DNA from: Isurus oxyrinchus
Lineage: Eukaryota
Direction of reading: 5' to 3'
Assembly: GCA_026770705.1 (NCBI GenBank)
Contig: JANJGN010000034.1
Span: 5,704,001 to 5,768,000 of the forward strand
Length of the DNA: 64,000 nucleotides
The notes below the pieces were generated by a model. That model did no database searches. It was not told where the DNA came from and was given only the letters and a program-made list of their open reading frames with translations. The number at the start of each line of letters is the position of its first letter. Position 1 is the stretch's first letter. The position numbers were made by a program, and so were the translations under genes. Positions 27,310 to 41,408 of this stretch are shown one piece after another.

Positions 27310-28230
27310 ACATACTAAGGATCTTAGATGGTTGAAAGTAATCGCCCCTCATCCTTCTAATCTCTAATTGGGTATAGGCTAAATCTATCCAACCTTTCCT
27401 TTTAACACAACATAGCCATCACATGAATAATTCAAGTGAAGCTTTAATGAACTGTATTTAAAATAATTGTTTCCTTCCTTTATTTAAACGACGAAAACTG
27501 CAAAATTATAAATATATATAATTAAGACTCCACGCAGCTACAGCAATATTTCACAATTTTGCCATACAAGTCGACTTGCAATAAGTGCCCATATTTGATT
27601 TGCCACGTTCATAAATTTCTGCACCTGAAATATGATTTGTTTTGTGATTCGTGTATCAGTGACCCAGTTCCCTCATTGATTTACAGTCCTGTAGTGCCTC
27701 TCCTTTCAAATAATTTACTGCCTTTCCATACTTCTTGCCAAAGTGGACAAGCTCACGTTCCCAAATTATAGTCCATAAACATTATCGTCCCCCATTAAGT
27801 ATCATATCCAAACGCTTTTTCAGACTCGTCATGTTCTCAGGACAACTGACCTTCAGTGATATTTTTTAGTCACCAAATTAACGGAGCATAATTTGGTCTC
27901 CTCATCCAGGTCATTTTTACAGATTGCAAATGCTTGATTATTGAGCGCAGGTCCCTCTGGCCATCCACTGATAAGACCTTGGCAGCACACAACTTGTTAC
28001 TCACAATATGTCTTATTATTCAATGAGGTTTATTCTTATGGCAGCTGTTCATTACTGTAGACTTATTTCAAACCATTCGACCCAATGTGGCCCAGCTGCA
28101 TCCATATATTATGTTGTGATGGGCTATCCAATGCCCATGCCTATTTGAACTAGCAGTTGCATTTAAAAAGGCAGTTGCTGTGCAAATTAATTACGTATAG
28201 ATTGACAGAATCGCCTTTCTTTACATAAAA
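27310..28230 (-). mobile_element. Decayed CR1-like LINE fragment
   Basis: Collinear similarity to the 3400-4080 and 16250-16930 fragments. Confidence 0.5.
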
Positions 28231-28289
28231 ATGTAAAGATTATTAAAAATGTTTTTGAAACAAAGATGAATGGCTTTGGTGGATAACTT

Positions 28290-29100
28290 CGAGGTTCAGT
28301 AAGGGGGAGGTAGATCCGGCGGAGGTCGAGGCGGTGGAGTGTCAGAAATTTGCTGAGTGCAGGGTATCGGGTGTTGGGGGTGGGTGGTGATATTCGCGGG
28401 ACAGAGGGGGCTTTCGGTGCTCGAGGTGGTGGAAGGGACGTCGGAGATTGCAGGAGTTGGGGCTAGGGGAGTGTCAATGCTGTAGGGGTGTTTCTTGTCA
28501 GAGGTCGGTGTAGCATAGGGCAGTGCGAAGTAGATGGGAGGGCGGTCCAAGGTAGAGGGTGGCTCCAATTGACGTCGAGGGCTTGGGTGGGGGGAGGGGG
28601 TTTTGAATTCCAGGGGAATCCGATGTCACAGTTTTTCTAGGGGTGGGTCCGAGTTCAGGGGTGGAGAAGGTAGGCCTGATGTTGCGTTGTCTGAATTCGG
28701 GTATCGAGGTCTTTTGAAATTCCTGGGTGGGAGTGCGATGGGGGCAATGATGGGGCCCACATCAAGCAGGTTCATGGGATTGGCGGGGATTTCCGAGGTG
28801 CAGTGGGGGGCTTGCGGATCAGGGGTGTGGGATTGAATGGTGTCCGGATCCGTTGGGAGACCTTCGTTTGTCAGTTTGGGGATTGTTCCTTTATCGGGTA
28901 TGGAGGTCCTGTTTGGTGGGGCCTCCAAAGCCCAATGGTTCCAAGGTCCTTTGTGGTTCGTTGGGAGGTTGTCCGACGTCTGGAGGCAGTAGGTTTTGAT
29001 CGGATCTCCAGGGATTTTGGAGTTTGAGGGCGCGGGTATTAATGGTGCCACATGGGGTGTGTCAATGTGTTGGGGAGTCTCGTGAGTTTGACCTGGGTCT
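28290..29100. repeat. G-rich low-complexity segment with strong strand skew
   Basis: Abrupt change from AT-rich DNA to many GGG/GGGG runs on the + strand; yields spurious Pro-rich minus ORFs. Confidence 0.7.
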
Positions 29101-30649
29101 TTTCAGTAGTCAATCAAAAGGTAAAAGAGAGTTTTATTCTTCCAACATTTTCTGAGCACCACTTGGTTTAACCCTGGCAGAACCATCCGAAATTTTCGAA
29201 TTAACGGCATTTTCCGATGTTTCCCAGTGCAGCAAAATTGTCCAGAGGACATGTGGACGTCTGAACCTTTACAGTAAACCACCATAGCTAGGAAATTGCA
29301 GATCAATTCGCAAAAAACATCTTTGGAATGCCTTATGCCCGCACCGGAGGTTCTGTGGAGCTCGGAGCATACGAGCCAAGGTCAAGTATTGTCACATTGA
29401 TAGAACACAGACTTCCTTTAACAAAGCTAGATATAAAAAATTATGAAGCAAAGAGAATATGTTTCGGCAGTTTTGTTTCCTCCTTAAAACAAAACACGCT
29501 CCTCTTCCAAAGTATTTGGAAATTTCTTAGAGCAGGCATTTATTTTTCTAAGGCAGCATGAGAGCTTGTGACATCTTTCAACCCATCGTATTTTAGAGAA
29601 CTCTCCTTTCTCTACCATTCCTTATGTGCTAGCTAAGTCTGTTAGCAATTTTTCAGCAACACGTTACATGGAATATTTGCTTCCCCAAAGAGGCTAATTG
29701 ACAAGATAACCCTCTGTAGCCAACCTTTTCTCGCCTTCACTGACCTGTGTACATTGTAATGGCATTCCTAGCCAGTGGGGGACATTTATCATTCATTATT
29801 TCCAAGCATACGATAATCCATGAAGTGCTAGAACACCAACCTGGAATATTGGCATGTGAAGCTTCTCTAAACATGACCAATCTGAGATCTTCTGGTTCAC
29901 ACAAGACAAGCAACTTGAGTGTGCATCTTTTTGAATGTAATTTACTAATATTTGTATTTGCTCTCAAAACCTCCTATCAGTAGCACGTTTCTTCACAGTT
30001 CTGAGCTCCAACACATCATTAGACAGGGCAGGTCTAGTCTGAGTGCACAGCCAATTGAAATGCCCAATCAAAGTTTTCAATTGTTCTGTTTCTTCATTGG
30101 AAGCACAATTCCATTTTTGTCAGGACATAAAACAATTTATAGGTATGTAATTAACATTTTAAAGGTATGATTGTTGAATTAATTTCATTCCTGGCTTGCT
30201 CGGATTAATGTCCGACCTTATGTATTTAAAGGCCCCTGAAGCCTGACTACTTTTCTGGAGACCTTTCTTTATCTTATTGATAACTGGTTACTCAAATAAA
30301 TTCTACTGAGCCTCTCCACGGGAAATCATTAGCATGCTCGGTACTGATTCCAGCTAGTTTCTCCTTTTGGTGTGAATAGTATTTAATTGAATGCAACCCA
30401 TTTTCAACGGAGCAGACCGACGGAAAAACAGTATACCCTTGTAACAGCATTCCATCCATAAACACATTCAATTTCCATGGCTTTCCTTGTATATTTCAAG
30501 CTGCCTAGATGGCATCAAAAATACTAACCTTTCAAACTTCGGCCCTCGAACAAATAAAAATTCATCAATTGATTTGCACTTACCGGAATATGACATTATG
30601 AGAGGAAATAAAAGTCTTTGAATCAGCAAAATCTGCAGTAGACAAGCCC

Positions 30650-33540
30650 ACCCAGCCAGCCCAGAAGCATGAGTCTTTCTTCAAAGTCTTGGCTACTAAT
30701 CTCTCTTCAGCCTTGCATATGCCAGCTGAAAGTATCTGATCTGTGCAGATCCATCTGTGGGGCGAGGCTGACAGTTCCCTGCCAGGTATTTCAGTTTATG
30801 CCTTATATTCCTTTCAAATGTCGAACTCTTCTGTTTGACTGCCTTTATCAGCAAAATTTCCAATTTTGTAACACCAACTGAAGCCTCTTGGCTGAAATGG
30901 TGTCTATTTCTAATTACATTCCGAAATTCTTTTGTAGAACTAGTTCTGCTAATTCCTCTTTCTTCCTGGTCTGCTACAGTATGATCTTTCTCCCCTGCTA
31001 GCAGGATCCCGCACGCAAGTCCGTGATTTTATTTTTTCTGGCGTCCGGGCACTTTCAGCTGCACTCTCAGAACTCCTACTGCAATCTCGCGGTTTCCACA
31101 ACTTTTCCACACTTTGCCATTCAACAGGTTCTTTTCTCTTGTCATTTATCTTACAGTTATATAATGTTTGTATATACCAGTGGCGTTTTCTGCTCTCACA
31201 ATGTTGATGGCAGCCATCCACCACTGTTATTTTCTGGTCATCGCGATCGTTCTGGCTTCCTATTTTCTAATATATGTGCCTCCTTGTCTAAGCTTAATTG
31301 TCGTTGGCCTTATGAGGTGCCATATGGCACGCCAATTTTTTTCTGAATAGTAACTGCTAATGACAGCTTTTCTGCGTGCATGCAAAGCATTCAGACGAGC
31401 AAGGAAAGTGGGGCACATTATAGTCCCTTGGAGAGCATGGGGAGCATGCTCCGATAACACTGAATGAAATTTCGGATTTCTTCCATTCATCTGCTATTAT
31501 GGACTGTACATCACCAAGCATTTACAAAGCTAGTTCCTTGCACAGTTCATGCCAGTGGCGTTACCAATTTGCAATCTGGTAGATCAGCCAAAATGTTATT
31601 AACATGTTATCTATCACCGCATGGCTTCATTTGCAGAGACCATTAATAAATAAGCTCTGAGCTGCAGTGTGCATAACTATGATGTTCAAATCTGCACGCA
31701 TAACTCATACTTTCTCATTGCCAAATTCCCCACCAATATCTGTCAGGAATTTCGTTGGTATTCCTAAACCTCTTCCTTCCAATTTGTCCAAGTCCTTGTC
31801 GACATTGGTATGTTTGACCTTGCTATGTAGTTCATTTTTTCAGACTAAGCCTGATTACCATATATATAAAGTGTAGTAAAAATAAAAAAAAATACTATCC
31901 GTGTTCCAAATGTTTAAAGTCATTGCCACTGCGTAGTTAAATTCCCTGATTAGTGCCAAGCTCACAAAAGGACATGGTGGTGTCCTGCGATGTTTAGTAC
32001 AAATTTCACACTGAGCTGTGATTTGCTTAGCGATCTCATCTTAACCTTTGTCATCCACACAAGCACCTCAAAGTGGAAATTTCAGGGGTTTTTTTGGGGG
32101 GATAGATATGCAAAATGACTTTGTAACCGCCAAGTAATATTCTTTTCTTCCACCAAATTCTTAATCCTTCAACTTAACCATACATCGTGAATTTTTTGAT
32201 GAAAAGTACCTGCTTCCCTTAGTGCCAGGCAACAGTGGCCTTATTGAGAAAAACGTAGATCTACATTTTTTTCTGACCACAACTGGTCTATCATACTTCA
32301 TTCCTGGTGTCACCTGAAAGTTTTTCATCGCAGATCGATTAACAATAGTGGTCTTCCGCTAGTAACCAAATTAGCAAAGATAAGTAGACTGATACCTGCT
32401 ATACTGTAAAGGAGGATCATATTCTTTGTAACATGATAAGGTGTTATCAACTCCAAAGCGGAAGCATGTAGAGTTTGACCTTCCGCTAGTGTGCCCCATC
32501 CTGAGAGGCCAGACACAAGTTAATCCAATCCGTCCCAAACACTGTGGAATTGCAACAACTTTGCAGAACTGCAGGGGTGAAGGAATTTACCATCCATATA
32601 TACATCCCTGGATGGAAAGTTTCACTGAGCAACACAATTTCATCATGGCAATAGCAATCATCAATTTCAGCATCAGAAAATCAGCCCCTAGAGCTACTTC
32701 AAAAACATGATTATTTTGCTGTGGCAATGTATCACCAAATCATATTGAGTACTGGACCGACAACATTCCCTTTGCATTCTTCGGGTTCAGATGCCTTTGG
32801 TCAAAGTCTTGGGCCAGTGTTTTTGTATCTACCCTTAAAATTACAAAAGAGAGGAACATTTTCAGGCCACTTGCCACAAACCCTCTCGTTGTACTGGAAT
32901 CTTCCGTTAATATTTTGTCGAACTCGAAATTAGTTCGGCATAGAAAGTTCCATCATTTGCTTCACGACATTGTTGCCCGTATTTACTCAGAAAGCGGCTG
33001 GAAATGAATATGTTCAAAGAATTTTCTGCCTGCAGCCATTTGGTCTAGGAGAGTCTTTCCCCACAATTGGACGCTGGTAAAATGCTCAAAGTCTACTAAC
33101 GTTAGGGATGCCTGCAGAATGAGGAACTTAAATGCATGTACAGACTCCTGGATTTAATGATGAAATCCCTTCAATCTCTTGGACTATATATCAAAAGCCA
33201 TAACTTTATTATTGCACCGACTGATCATCTGTTTTCTTAAGTTCATCAAAGGTTGACCATGCTTCCAAAAACTCGTCAATTTACTGAAATTTATCCGAAA
33301 ACTCCAACAGGAGGTCCAAACTTTCCTCATGACCCAAATTATGCACTTTCAATTTTGAAGATAAATCGCTAGTAATATTATTCTTTTTCTTGTAATTTTT
33401 AATGGCAAATCTATACTTTGCCGATTGCTGGATATGCATTGAACCCGGGTCCAATCTCAACTTTAGCATTTTTGCTGATATGGCTGAGACTCAGGACAAA
33501 ACATGGGGGGGAGTCAATGCATGAGGTTTTGCATCGTGCT
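30650..33540 (-). mobile_element. Decayed RTE-clade-like LINE
   Basis: Minus-strand remnants SGRPLLLIDL (~32340), LIREFNYA (~31940; cf. LIRELLxADD) and RLNALHAR (~31390; cf. RLNAFHxRCLR). Clade assigned from recalled motifs only. Confidence 0.55.
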
Positions 33541-35329
33541 TCACCATTACCTCACTTAAGTTGTCAGCACCAGTACTCTTCTTTTCCCTCAGTGGATTGA
33601 GAAAAAAAAAACCTCCTCTACAGCAATCATTCATCAAAAGCTGTAAATTCATCCAATGCTGCCATGTTACTCAAATAAGTGTTTGTCGCGGAAGAATTTT
33701 TCTAAAGCTCAAATTTCAGTTCAAGCTGGTGTATTCCTAAGGCAGGCCTTCACTGCTATGCACTTACTACACTCCTTTCCAGACAAGTGTGCTCCTGCTA
33801 TATCTATTTATACTGATTTCATGGGCATTTCATGCACATCTCCTGTTTTAACTAGCAAATTTCTTCCACAAATTATTTATTATGCAATGCAATTACTGAG
33901 AAATTGACACAAATTACCTATTTATAAGGACCCGTCATTTGGTATTATCTAACCTATCTTCTTTTTAGTGCTACTTTGTCACCACCCACTTTTAAACCTG
34001 TGCATTAGCCTTTGATATAGCTCCTTAAGAAAATGTTTAGCTATCACTTTACCTAATCTGCCTGTTCCTGCCTAAAATAACACTAATAAATCATTCAAAT
34101 GTGATTTCACTTTCGCAAAACTATTTCGATAATGGCCTCTCTATTTTTATTTTATTAATTGCCTATTATTCGAACTTTAGTAATGGGTTTTAGCATTTTG
34201 CATGTACAATTTTAGGCGAAGTGGGCTATAAACTCCTGTTCTATAGCTATGTCTCATAATCTACTTTATCCCACATTGGTTTTTGCTCTTCTAAAATCAC
34301 AGATTCTGAACGGCATAGAAAAAGGTCATTCGGTCCAAGAAGTTTGTGCCAGCTCTCCAAATGAACATTATGACCTACTGTCATTGCTCTGCCATTTCCC
34401 CTCAATCTTGTGCATTTTTCCTCTAAAAATAATTATCTAATGTCCTCTTCAATGGTTCGATTGAGCCTACCTCCATCACACTTCCAGGTAGTGTTGTTCA
34501 GTCTTCGGGCCTACTATTAATATTTGCAGTATTGTACAATTTTGCTTTCAATATGATATGTTCTTAATTTTCTAAGGTATCCAAGGATGATGCATCCATC
34601 TCACCTATCTCATCTCTTGCTCGAATCATCTTGACTGAGATTTAGGAAGAATCTCCTTATATTTCTGTCCCTGCTTCTCGATTAAACTAGAGTTTGAACT
34701 AGATTTGAAGTTCACTTCAGCCATACCCATCGATGTGCCTTCATTTAAGTTTGAAGGCTGTAGCCTTCGATCCACAATTCTCACTTTCAAACTGAAAGTG
34801 TCATTACAATTTGTTATTATCGCTGTTTCCCAATTGATCCTTTATTGTGAGAAAATTAATTAATCATGCACTTTACTAGGTCCTAAAAGCATTGTTATGG
34901 GGATGGCACAGGAAGGTGTTGTTCTAAAAAAAAAAAATGCATCCAATGCACTCTATGACCCGATCTTCCAGGTTACCTTTTCCGGTCAGTTTTGTAAATT
35001 CCTGAGAAATATGACAATGAATATGAAGTAATTCATAAAATTAAGATAAATATTACAATCTTCCATGAATGTTGCAGAAACTGTCTTTCAAGCCTCTCTT
35101 GTTCATTCCTTAAAAGCCTGCCCGACAGTGTAGCGACTGCTGGGGTGGTGGGTTTGGTTGGAATGGGGGGGAGGGGGGGAGCTGTGGTTGGGATCTGTGG
35201 CGGGTGCAGCAATCTCCCACAGGTGGTTTACTATCGTTGCAAATTGTTATGTTTACCCATACCGATTCCTCACCATCAACCTCTAAATGAAGCTCCTCTG
35301 TCACTAAAAGTAAAAACGATAGCAGACCT

Positions 35330-36250
35330 TAAACTCTAAGTAGGTTAGGCAGCTTTACTGGAGTGAAAACTGGACAGTTTCAGCTCGAGACCTACTTCTT
35401 TCAGATCTGAAGAAAGATATAATTGTGGACGTTTAAAAGTCAATCAAAGGAGGGTTGGGGATGAAGAGTACATTATAAGGAGTTTGGGAGGTTGAAGGAC
35501 AGGTGAGATGACGTAAACAAAAATCTCACGATGCAAAATCGTAAGCAAGTCGTAATGCGTAGAGCTCAGAAACTAAAGTGGCTTCAAATTAGGCGTGAGT
35601 ATCTACCTAGCCGTAATCCGAGTGCAACTGAAGGGATTGAAACAAGCTAAGCGGCAACAACTCAACAAACTGGAAAAAAAACAGAAAAAAATTGAGTTAA
35701 TGAATAAATCATAGAACAGGATGCGGGCAGACATTTGAATCTACTTTTTTTGAAAGCGATATTGAATTCAAAACGCTGTAGAATGCCGAGGCAAATGAAA
35801 AGCTGGTGCTCCTCGTACTAGCTTTGAATTGCACTGGAAGAGTCTAGCAAACCATGAGAAGCAATAACAGTGTGGTCGTGAGTTGGAAAACTTAAGTGAC
35901 AAGAAAGGAAAGCTCGGGGTCTTGTTTACATACTGAATGTTAATGCTGTTAAAAGTGGTCACACAATTTATATTTGGTCTACCCAATGTAGAGTAAATGC
36001 ATCATGAGCCACCAATTCTAATTTGATATATGTGCCAAGAAATCACTGCTTCAGTTGCATGGCGCCTTCAGGAATTGGCCAGTGAGAAAGGAAGAGAAAG
36101 CATAGTTTGCACAGAAAAGTGCCGCTGAGGTGTGACTTTGGCATGGAATATGGTGTTGTAGATGGAACGGCCCCGTCAAACAATCTACCCGAAGGCATTG
36201 GAAGATCTACTACATCTGAATATGAAATAGAGTATCTTCAATAGGAAGGC
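35330..36250 (-). mobile_element. Penelope-like remnant in the opposite orientation to 44150-44700
   Basis: The segment ~35760-35840 is roughly reverse-complementary to the 44220-44320 motif. Confidence 0.5.
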
Positions 36251-37902
36251 AAGATTTAGGGGCCTAAGACTGAATTTCCCTTTTCCCTTTCAATGGGTTT
36301 GTAGGCAGGGAGAGGTACTGGGTGGTGCTTAGGGTACGGATCTTCGCATATGCTTCCCATAGGTTTCTCGTACGATCCAGTTTCCCTGCAATTTTACATT
36401 CAGAGGGTCAGGCCGTGGAAATGCCGGAGGCCCCTAATTCATTTGAAGTCCTTAAGTGGGCGACGCAGCTTCCAATTTAAGTTGGCAGAAAATATTGCTG
36501 GTATTTCGGAAGGTCAACCATAATCGGGCTCAGCTGTGTCAGGAAGAAGAGTGCAAATTCTTCCGAAATGCTTTTTAACTTCGGGCATCCCTTCCCCCAC
36601 CCCTTAATTTTCGGTAACCAGAAGGCTTCTCACACCCATCCACCATCACCGCGGGTTTCCCCCAATACCGCAATCCCCAATACCCGCCACCCCAGGCTTC
36701 CCGGTCCCCAAAACTTCCTTATTTTCCCCAACTGCTGAGGCTTCAGCTCCGGGGACTGCATGTGGTAGCATTCTAGACCACTCCATCTGCTTGTGCTGTA
36801 ACAGAGTAGAGAGCTGCCAAAATGATTGGGGTAATAACGGTTTTCAACATTGAAATCACTGCAAGCTCTTGGATGAAACGTGTCCTTTGCAAATTACATT
36901 AATACTGTGCCCTTTGTTTAGCGATCTGGCTGCCAGTAGAAATAGTTCCAGCCTTTGGAAAGGGGGAAAAAAAACGATTTTGACCACTTCAGTCAATCTC
37001 CCCTTACTCCTCCTCGCCATAACGAGCACAGTTCCAATTTATCAAAGCTGTCTAAATAGCTGAAGACCCACTTCTGAGATAGCAGACAATGCGATAATTT
37101 CGAGCGTTAAGATTTTGGCATTTTTCCTCGAATGTGGAATGCAAAATTGGTTACATAATTCTAGTTGAACTGTCACCATGTTTTAAAAGGCATCTCATCT
37201 CTTCCTCCCTATTGCAGTGTGCGTCACTCACCATAATGCCAAGATTCCCCAATAGTCCTAAACATTTTATCATGTTCTCTTGCCAGCTTCAAATGCTTGT
37301 TCTTCTCCATCTCCAACTTCTTCTTGGGAGATTGCATTATTGGAAAATGTCCATTATCTTTATATTTCCTCTCTTTTTTTGCAGAAACATGCTTGTTGGT
37401 GTGTTCCAAACTGGTGTTAATAGCAATTTATGCATTTAATTTAAACTGAACTCTTATTTTATTGGGTGCAACATACGAAATAGTGTCTAAGTTAATATGT
37501 TGAGGGCATTCTGAAACAGTCAGTGATGACAGTCAGTTGAACCACTACAACGGGCATTTGTAGAATTTAACTATTATTAATAAACTGTCTCTAAATTAGA
37601 AGACCATGTGAGTAAATACTCACATGAAGCTGTTTGACCTCATGCAGAAATCACAGTTCTGAATTTAATAACATTCAGAAAAAGAATGCAAGCTGTATTG
37701 TTGTTTAAATGTTACTCAAACCCCACAATTGTAAGAGCTATTCACTTTCCAGTGAAATAAAAAACATTGGCAATAAGCGTTAAAGTGAGCATCCAAGCCT
37801 ATATCTGGAGAAAGAAGAAATGCTGTAAACCCTCGCTTAGTATCCATATAATGATTCAATGGCAATGCCTTATTTTTGAACTTAATGCCGTGTTAATTTC
37901 AG

Positions 37903-37929
37903 GAGGTGAACTGAATCAATGCAAGAAAG
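37903..37929 (+). CDS. Micro-exon 8 (27 nt), GGELNQCKK
   Basis: tgttaatttcag|GAGGTGAACTGAATCAATGCAAGAAAG|gtaaat. Confidence 0.87.
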
Positions 37930-38029
37930 GTAAATTATAGCTTAAAAAATCGAAGCCAGAGCAAGATGAGCTGAAGTTCGATTCTTCTGCATAATTACAA
38001 AAAGTTGTTGTACGGCAACTTCAGTTTCG

Positions 38030-38930
38030 CCCGCTATCATAATAATCTTTATCCACTTAGCGCTGGAAATCTACCAAACTCTGCCTTGAACATACTCAGA
38101 CAATTAAGTGTGCATAGCCCTCTATGTTCGAGGGCTTAGAGGAGTCATACAGCGGGGGCTGTTAAATGCCTTCCCATCTCTAACCAAAATGGGCAACCCC
38201 TTATTCTGACACTGTGGTCCATTGTTCTGGTTAGCCAACTGGGGGTATTATGTTCTCATGAGCTATAGCAAACATTTTCTGCGAAATTGGTATGTCGCAA
38301 TTAGATTATCAGTCAGGCTTTTAATTCCCGTGATGTCAAATGCTTCGACACAATCTCTCCTCAAAGTGCTACTGCCATTGCCAGATGATCCCATCTATCG
38401 AGCATTTGTAGCATCCCCTCAGATGCACTTTTGTGCGTTCTGGGGTAAGGTGACGGAAAACACCACTCACTAATCCAGATGTGGTCTTACCAGAGGTCTG
38501 TATATATCTTTTGCAAAGCTCACTTAACCAATTTCAAACACGCTGATAACAGTAGTGAATATGTTCATATCGGTTCAAAATTGCTTGCTGCATGTGTATG
38601 TTTAATCCCGGTGCACGTCCAGGTCCAACTGAATGCAGAGATCTACCCATTCCTCAGCATTCCCAAAGCATTTTTAATGTATGTTCTCCCAAAGTGTTTA
38701 ACGTGAAAATTCAGCACGTTGAAATCCATTCTATTGCCTGCTCGCCCAAGCTGACTGTCCATCCCTGCAGATTATTTCCGTTAATCACATCGAAATTAGT
38801 AGCGCAGCAAACATGCTATTTTACATATAGCCCTTTCATCCAATTCATGAATATAGAATGCAAGTAGCTGAGGTACCATTGCAGCTACTTTTCGTTGTCA
38901 GTTTGTTATATACTGTCTAACCAATCCCCA
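38030..38930 (-). mobile_element. Decayed CR1-like LINE fragment
   Basis: tccagatgtggtcttaccaga (reverse of LVRPHL) at ~38474, and other motifs shared with 3400-4000. Confidence 0.55.
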
Positions 38931-39269
38931 GCACATTGTGCATGTGATTATCATATTTTCCGAATGGACATCATTGCTCACCATAGAGTTTAACTTAAAA
39001 AAAAATGAATGGTACTTGTAGCTCGGTGCCACGCTTGTGAACTAAAGGGAGCTTTTGTGTTGCGTTTTCATCCAACCCAGGTTTGGCCTCCCCGATGTAG
39101 TGAGTCCAGTTTGTTACCAGCAAATGCAGTATAATGAATTGAAGAAGTACAACCAAATAGCTGTTCAATTGGAAGTTATTTTGGTGCTTTTAATGAAAGG
39201 TGCGGGGGCAAAATTAGCTGTTGGTACAGCAGCTCCTATGCTGCATTTTTAACTTACCATGCAAAAAGG

Positions 39270-39830
39270 AGTGGCTGTAGCGGGTGACTCAGTGGTGATC
39301 CTGGGCGCCACAGGGTAAATGCTCCATTCAGAATGTTGAATAAGGAGATAATGAGATGATATGCTATGTAATCGCATCCGAGTGCATGTTGCAGACGCTG
39401 AAGATGATGATTGTTTTATTATTGGGGCGTGTAGGCCTCCTACCTATGATTAAGACCTCAGCTGTGGTAATGTGCCGTTCTTGGTGCGAGATTTTAAGAA
39501 GGATGTAAAGTTTCTGTGGAGAGTGCATAAGAGGCTGCGAAAAAAGTTTTCAGGGACGAGATACTTCAGTTATGAGGATAGATTGAAGAAGATTGAGCTC
39601 TTTTTTTAGGAGAAAAGAATGTAGCATGGAGGTTTGAAAGGACATTTCAAAATCATGAAGGGCATGCACAGAATTGATAGGGAGAAACTGTTACTTATGC
39701 CCATTGGCGGAATGATTGGTAATCGGAAGGCACAGAGTTGAGGTAATTGGTTAAAAAAAAGCAAAAACGATATAAGGGAGATATAATAAACGGTTTCTTG
39801 GATATCTCAGGAGAAATCCATTAGGTGAAG
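39270..39830 (+). mobile_element. Decayed CR1-like LINE 3' fragment
   Basis: attaagacctcagctg (IRPQL; cf. VRPQLEY) followed by cagttatgaggatagattg (SYEDRL), typical of the CR1 ORF2 C-terminus. Confidence 0.6.
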
Positions 39831-39899
39831 TGCTCATTCACAGGGCTTGTGCAGGCGCCATGCGACAAATAACTTCATGTTGCGCTGTACTTTTTGGAG

Positions 39900-40660
39900 A
39901 TTCTGTTGTTCTGTGATTGATGCACAGAAAATGAGTAAAATGGCAATCATATCGTAGCTTTTGGAGGCAATATATGTTGCTTGACCGCCTATCGCCATCA
40001 ATTAGGACAGAAAACTCAAGAAAGGGAAGGGGAGTTTCAGAGATGAACCATGTGAATTTGAAATTGCTGACGGTAAATGCAAAATAGTCAATTTTGCATG
40101 TCAGCTTGAGGGGAGGAGAGAACAATGATCGTATCATCAATACGACTGACAGGAAAATAAAACAGGGTGAGAATGAAGGTGTGAATAGCTGTAGCAAAAA
40201 AAAAAACATGCTTCACATTTCCCACGAAAATGAGAAACATTGCTATGATTCATGTGGATAACGACAGCGACAGTGTATTCCTCGACGAGCTGAGTAGAGT
40301 TAAAGGTGCGGGCATTCAATGCGATAATAGTTTGCACAACATGAATGAAAATTGTGCTGAGTGGGGACTGGTCTTGGCCTCCACTGAACAAAACAATGCA
40401 GAGCTCTGAGGTCGTCTGTATGATGGGATATAGATATTGGGTGTCACTGATGAAAAGGAGACGATGATGGTTTGGAAACGTGAAATTGCTTAATTGTTGA
40501 TTGTCATCAGAGGAGATGCGGATGTAAGCAGAAATTCATTTTGGAATCAAGGAGAACAATCACCTGTAATCGGAATAAGAATGCTCAGTGCAACAGGAAC
40601 TGACAGTAAGTGTGATGTTAACGGCTGATACATTTGAATCCATCCCTTTGTCGATACATA
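39900..40660 (-). mobile_element. Penelope-like element RT remnant
   Basis: Minus ORF 39838-40209 contains SNFKFTWFISETPLPFLEFSVLIDGDR, resembling the Penelope-type RT F..FT.......LPFLD motif. Confidence 0.7.
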
Positions 40661-40719
40661 GCCACAATAGCATGTACTTGACATTCATAGGAAAATCGAA
40701 CAATACACAATTAAACATA

Positions 40720-41350
40720 ATACTTTAATTAAAAGGAGTGGAGCTGTTCATTTGTCCACTCGAGCTATTTTTTGTCCGTGCAGTAAAATGTTGGCAGATC
40801 TAATACTGTATTTCCTCCCTGTCCCCCTTAACCTGCGCCAATCAAGCATCAGAACCAATCCGCTTTGAATTTTTTCAATGATCCTAGGGAAAGAGAATTA
40901 AAAATGCGAACAACCATCTATAAGAAGACATTCCTGGTCGTATCCAAATTACATGGGCACCCTTTATTTAGAAACGGTGCCCTGAGGATCTAGGTTCTCT
41001 CATGAGAAAAAATCTCTCTCGTCATCCCTGTATAAGACCCCTTAAAATGGTATAGGTTTCTAGAAGTTCATAACTCATTACTCTAAACTCCATTGAGTAT
41101 GTCCTATCCAGCTCAATTTTACCTCATAGGTGAACCCATTCATCCCAAAAATTAGCCTAACGAGTCTTCCCTGAACAGCGTCCAATGCAAGTAATGTCCT
41201 TTCTTAAATTAGGTGACTAACAGTCTACAAAGTACTCTATGTGTGGTCCAATTCATTCCCTGCACAGTTGTAGCATTCCCAGGACTAGATTACGTGGCCA
41301 TGAGGGGCCCAAGGGCCTGTTTCTGTGCTGTATGATTCTATGACTCTATT
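40720..41350. mobile_element. CR1-like fragments ending in a plus-strand CR1 3' tail
   Basis: Tail ctgtgctgtatgattctatgactctat resembles the CR1 (ATTCTRTG)n terminus. A similar tail lies at ~8090-8110. Confidence 0.6.
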
Positions 41351-41372
41351 AACACGTTTGTTTTTTTTTCAG

Positions 41373-41408
41373 AACTAGAAGATGCAAAAGTAAATTTAAA
41401 AAAAACAA
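41373..41408 (+). CDS. Micro-exon 9 (36 nt), ELEDAKVNLKKT
   Basis: T-run then cag|AACTAGAA...AAAAACAA|gtgagg. Confidence 0.87.

Noticed and set aside
28296-29051. Pro-rich minus-strand ORFs
   Set aside because: By-product of G-rich low-complexity DNA; no domain or splice support.
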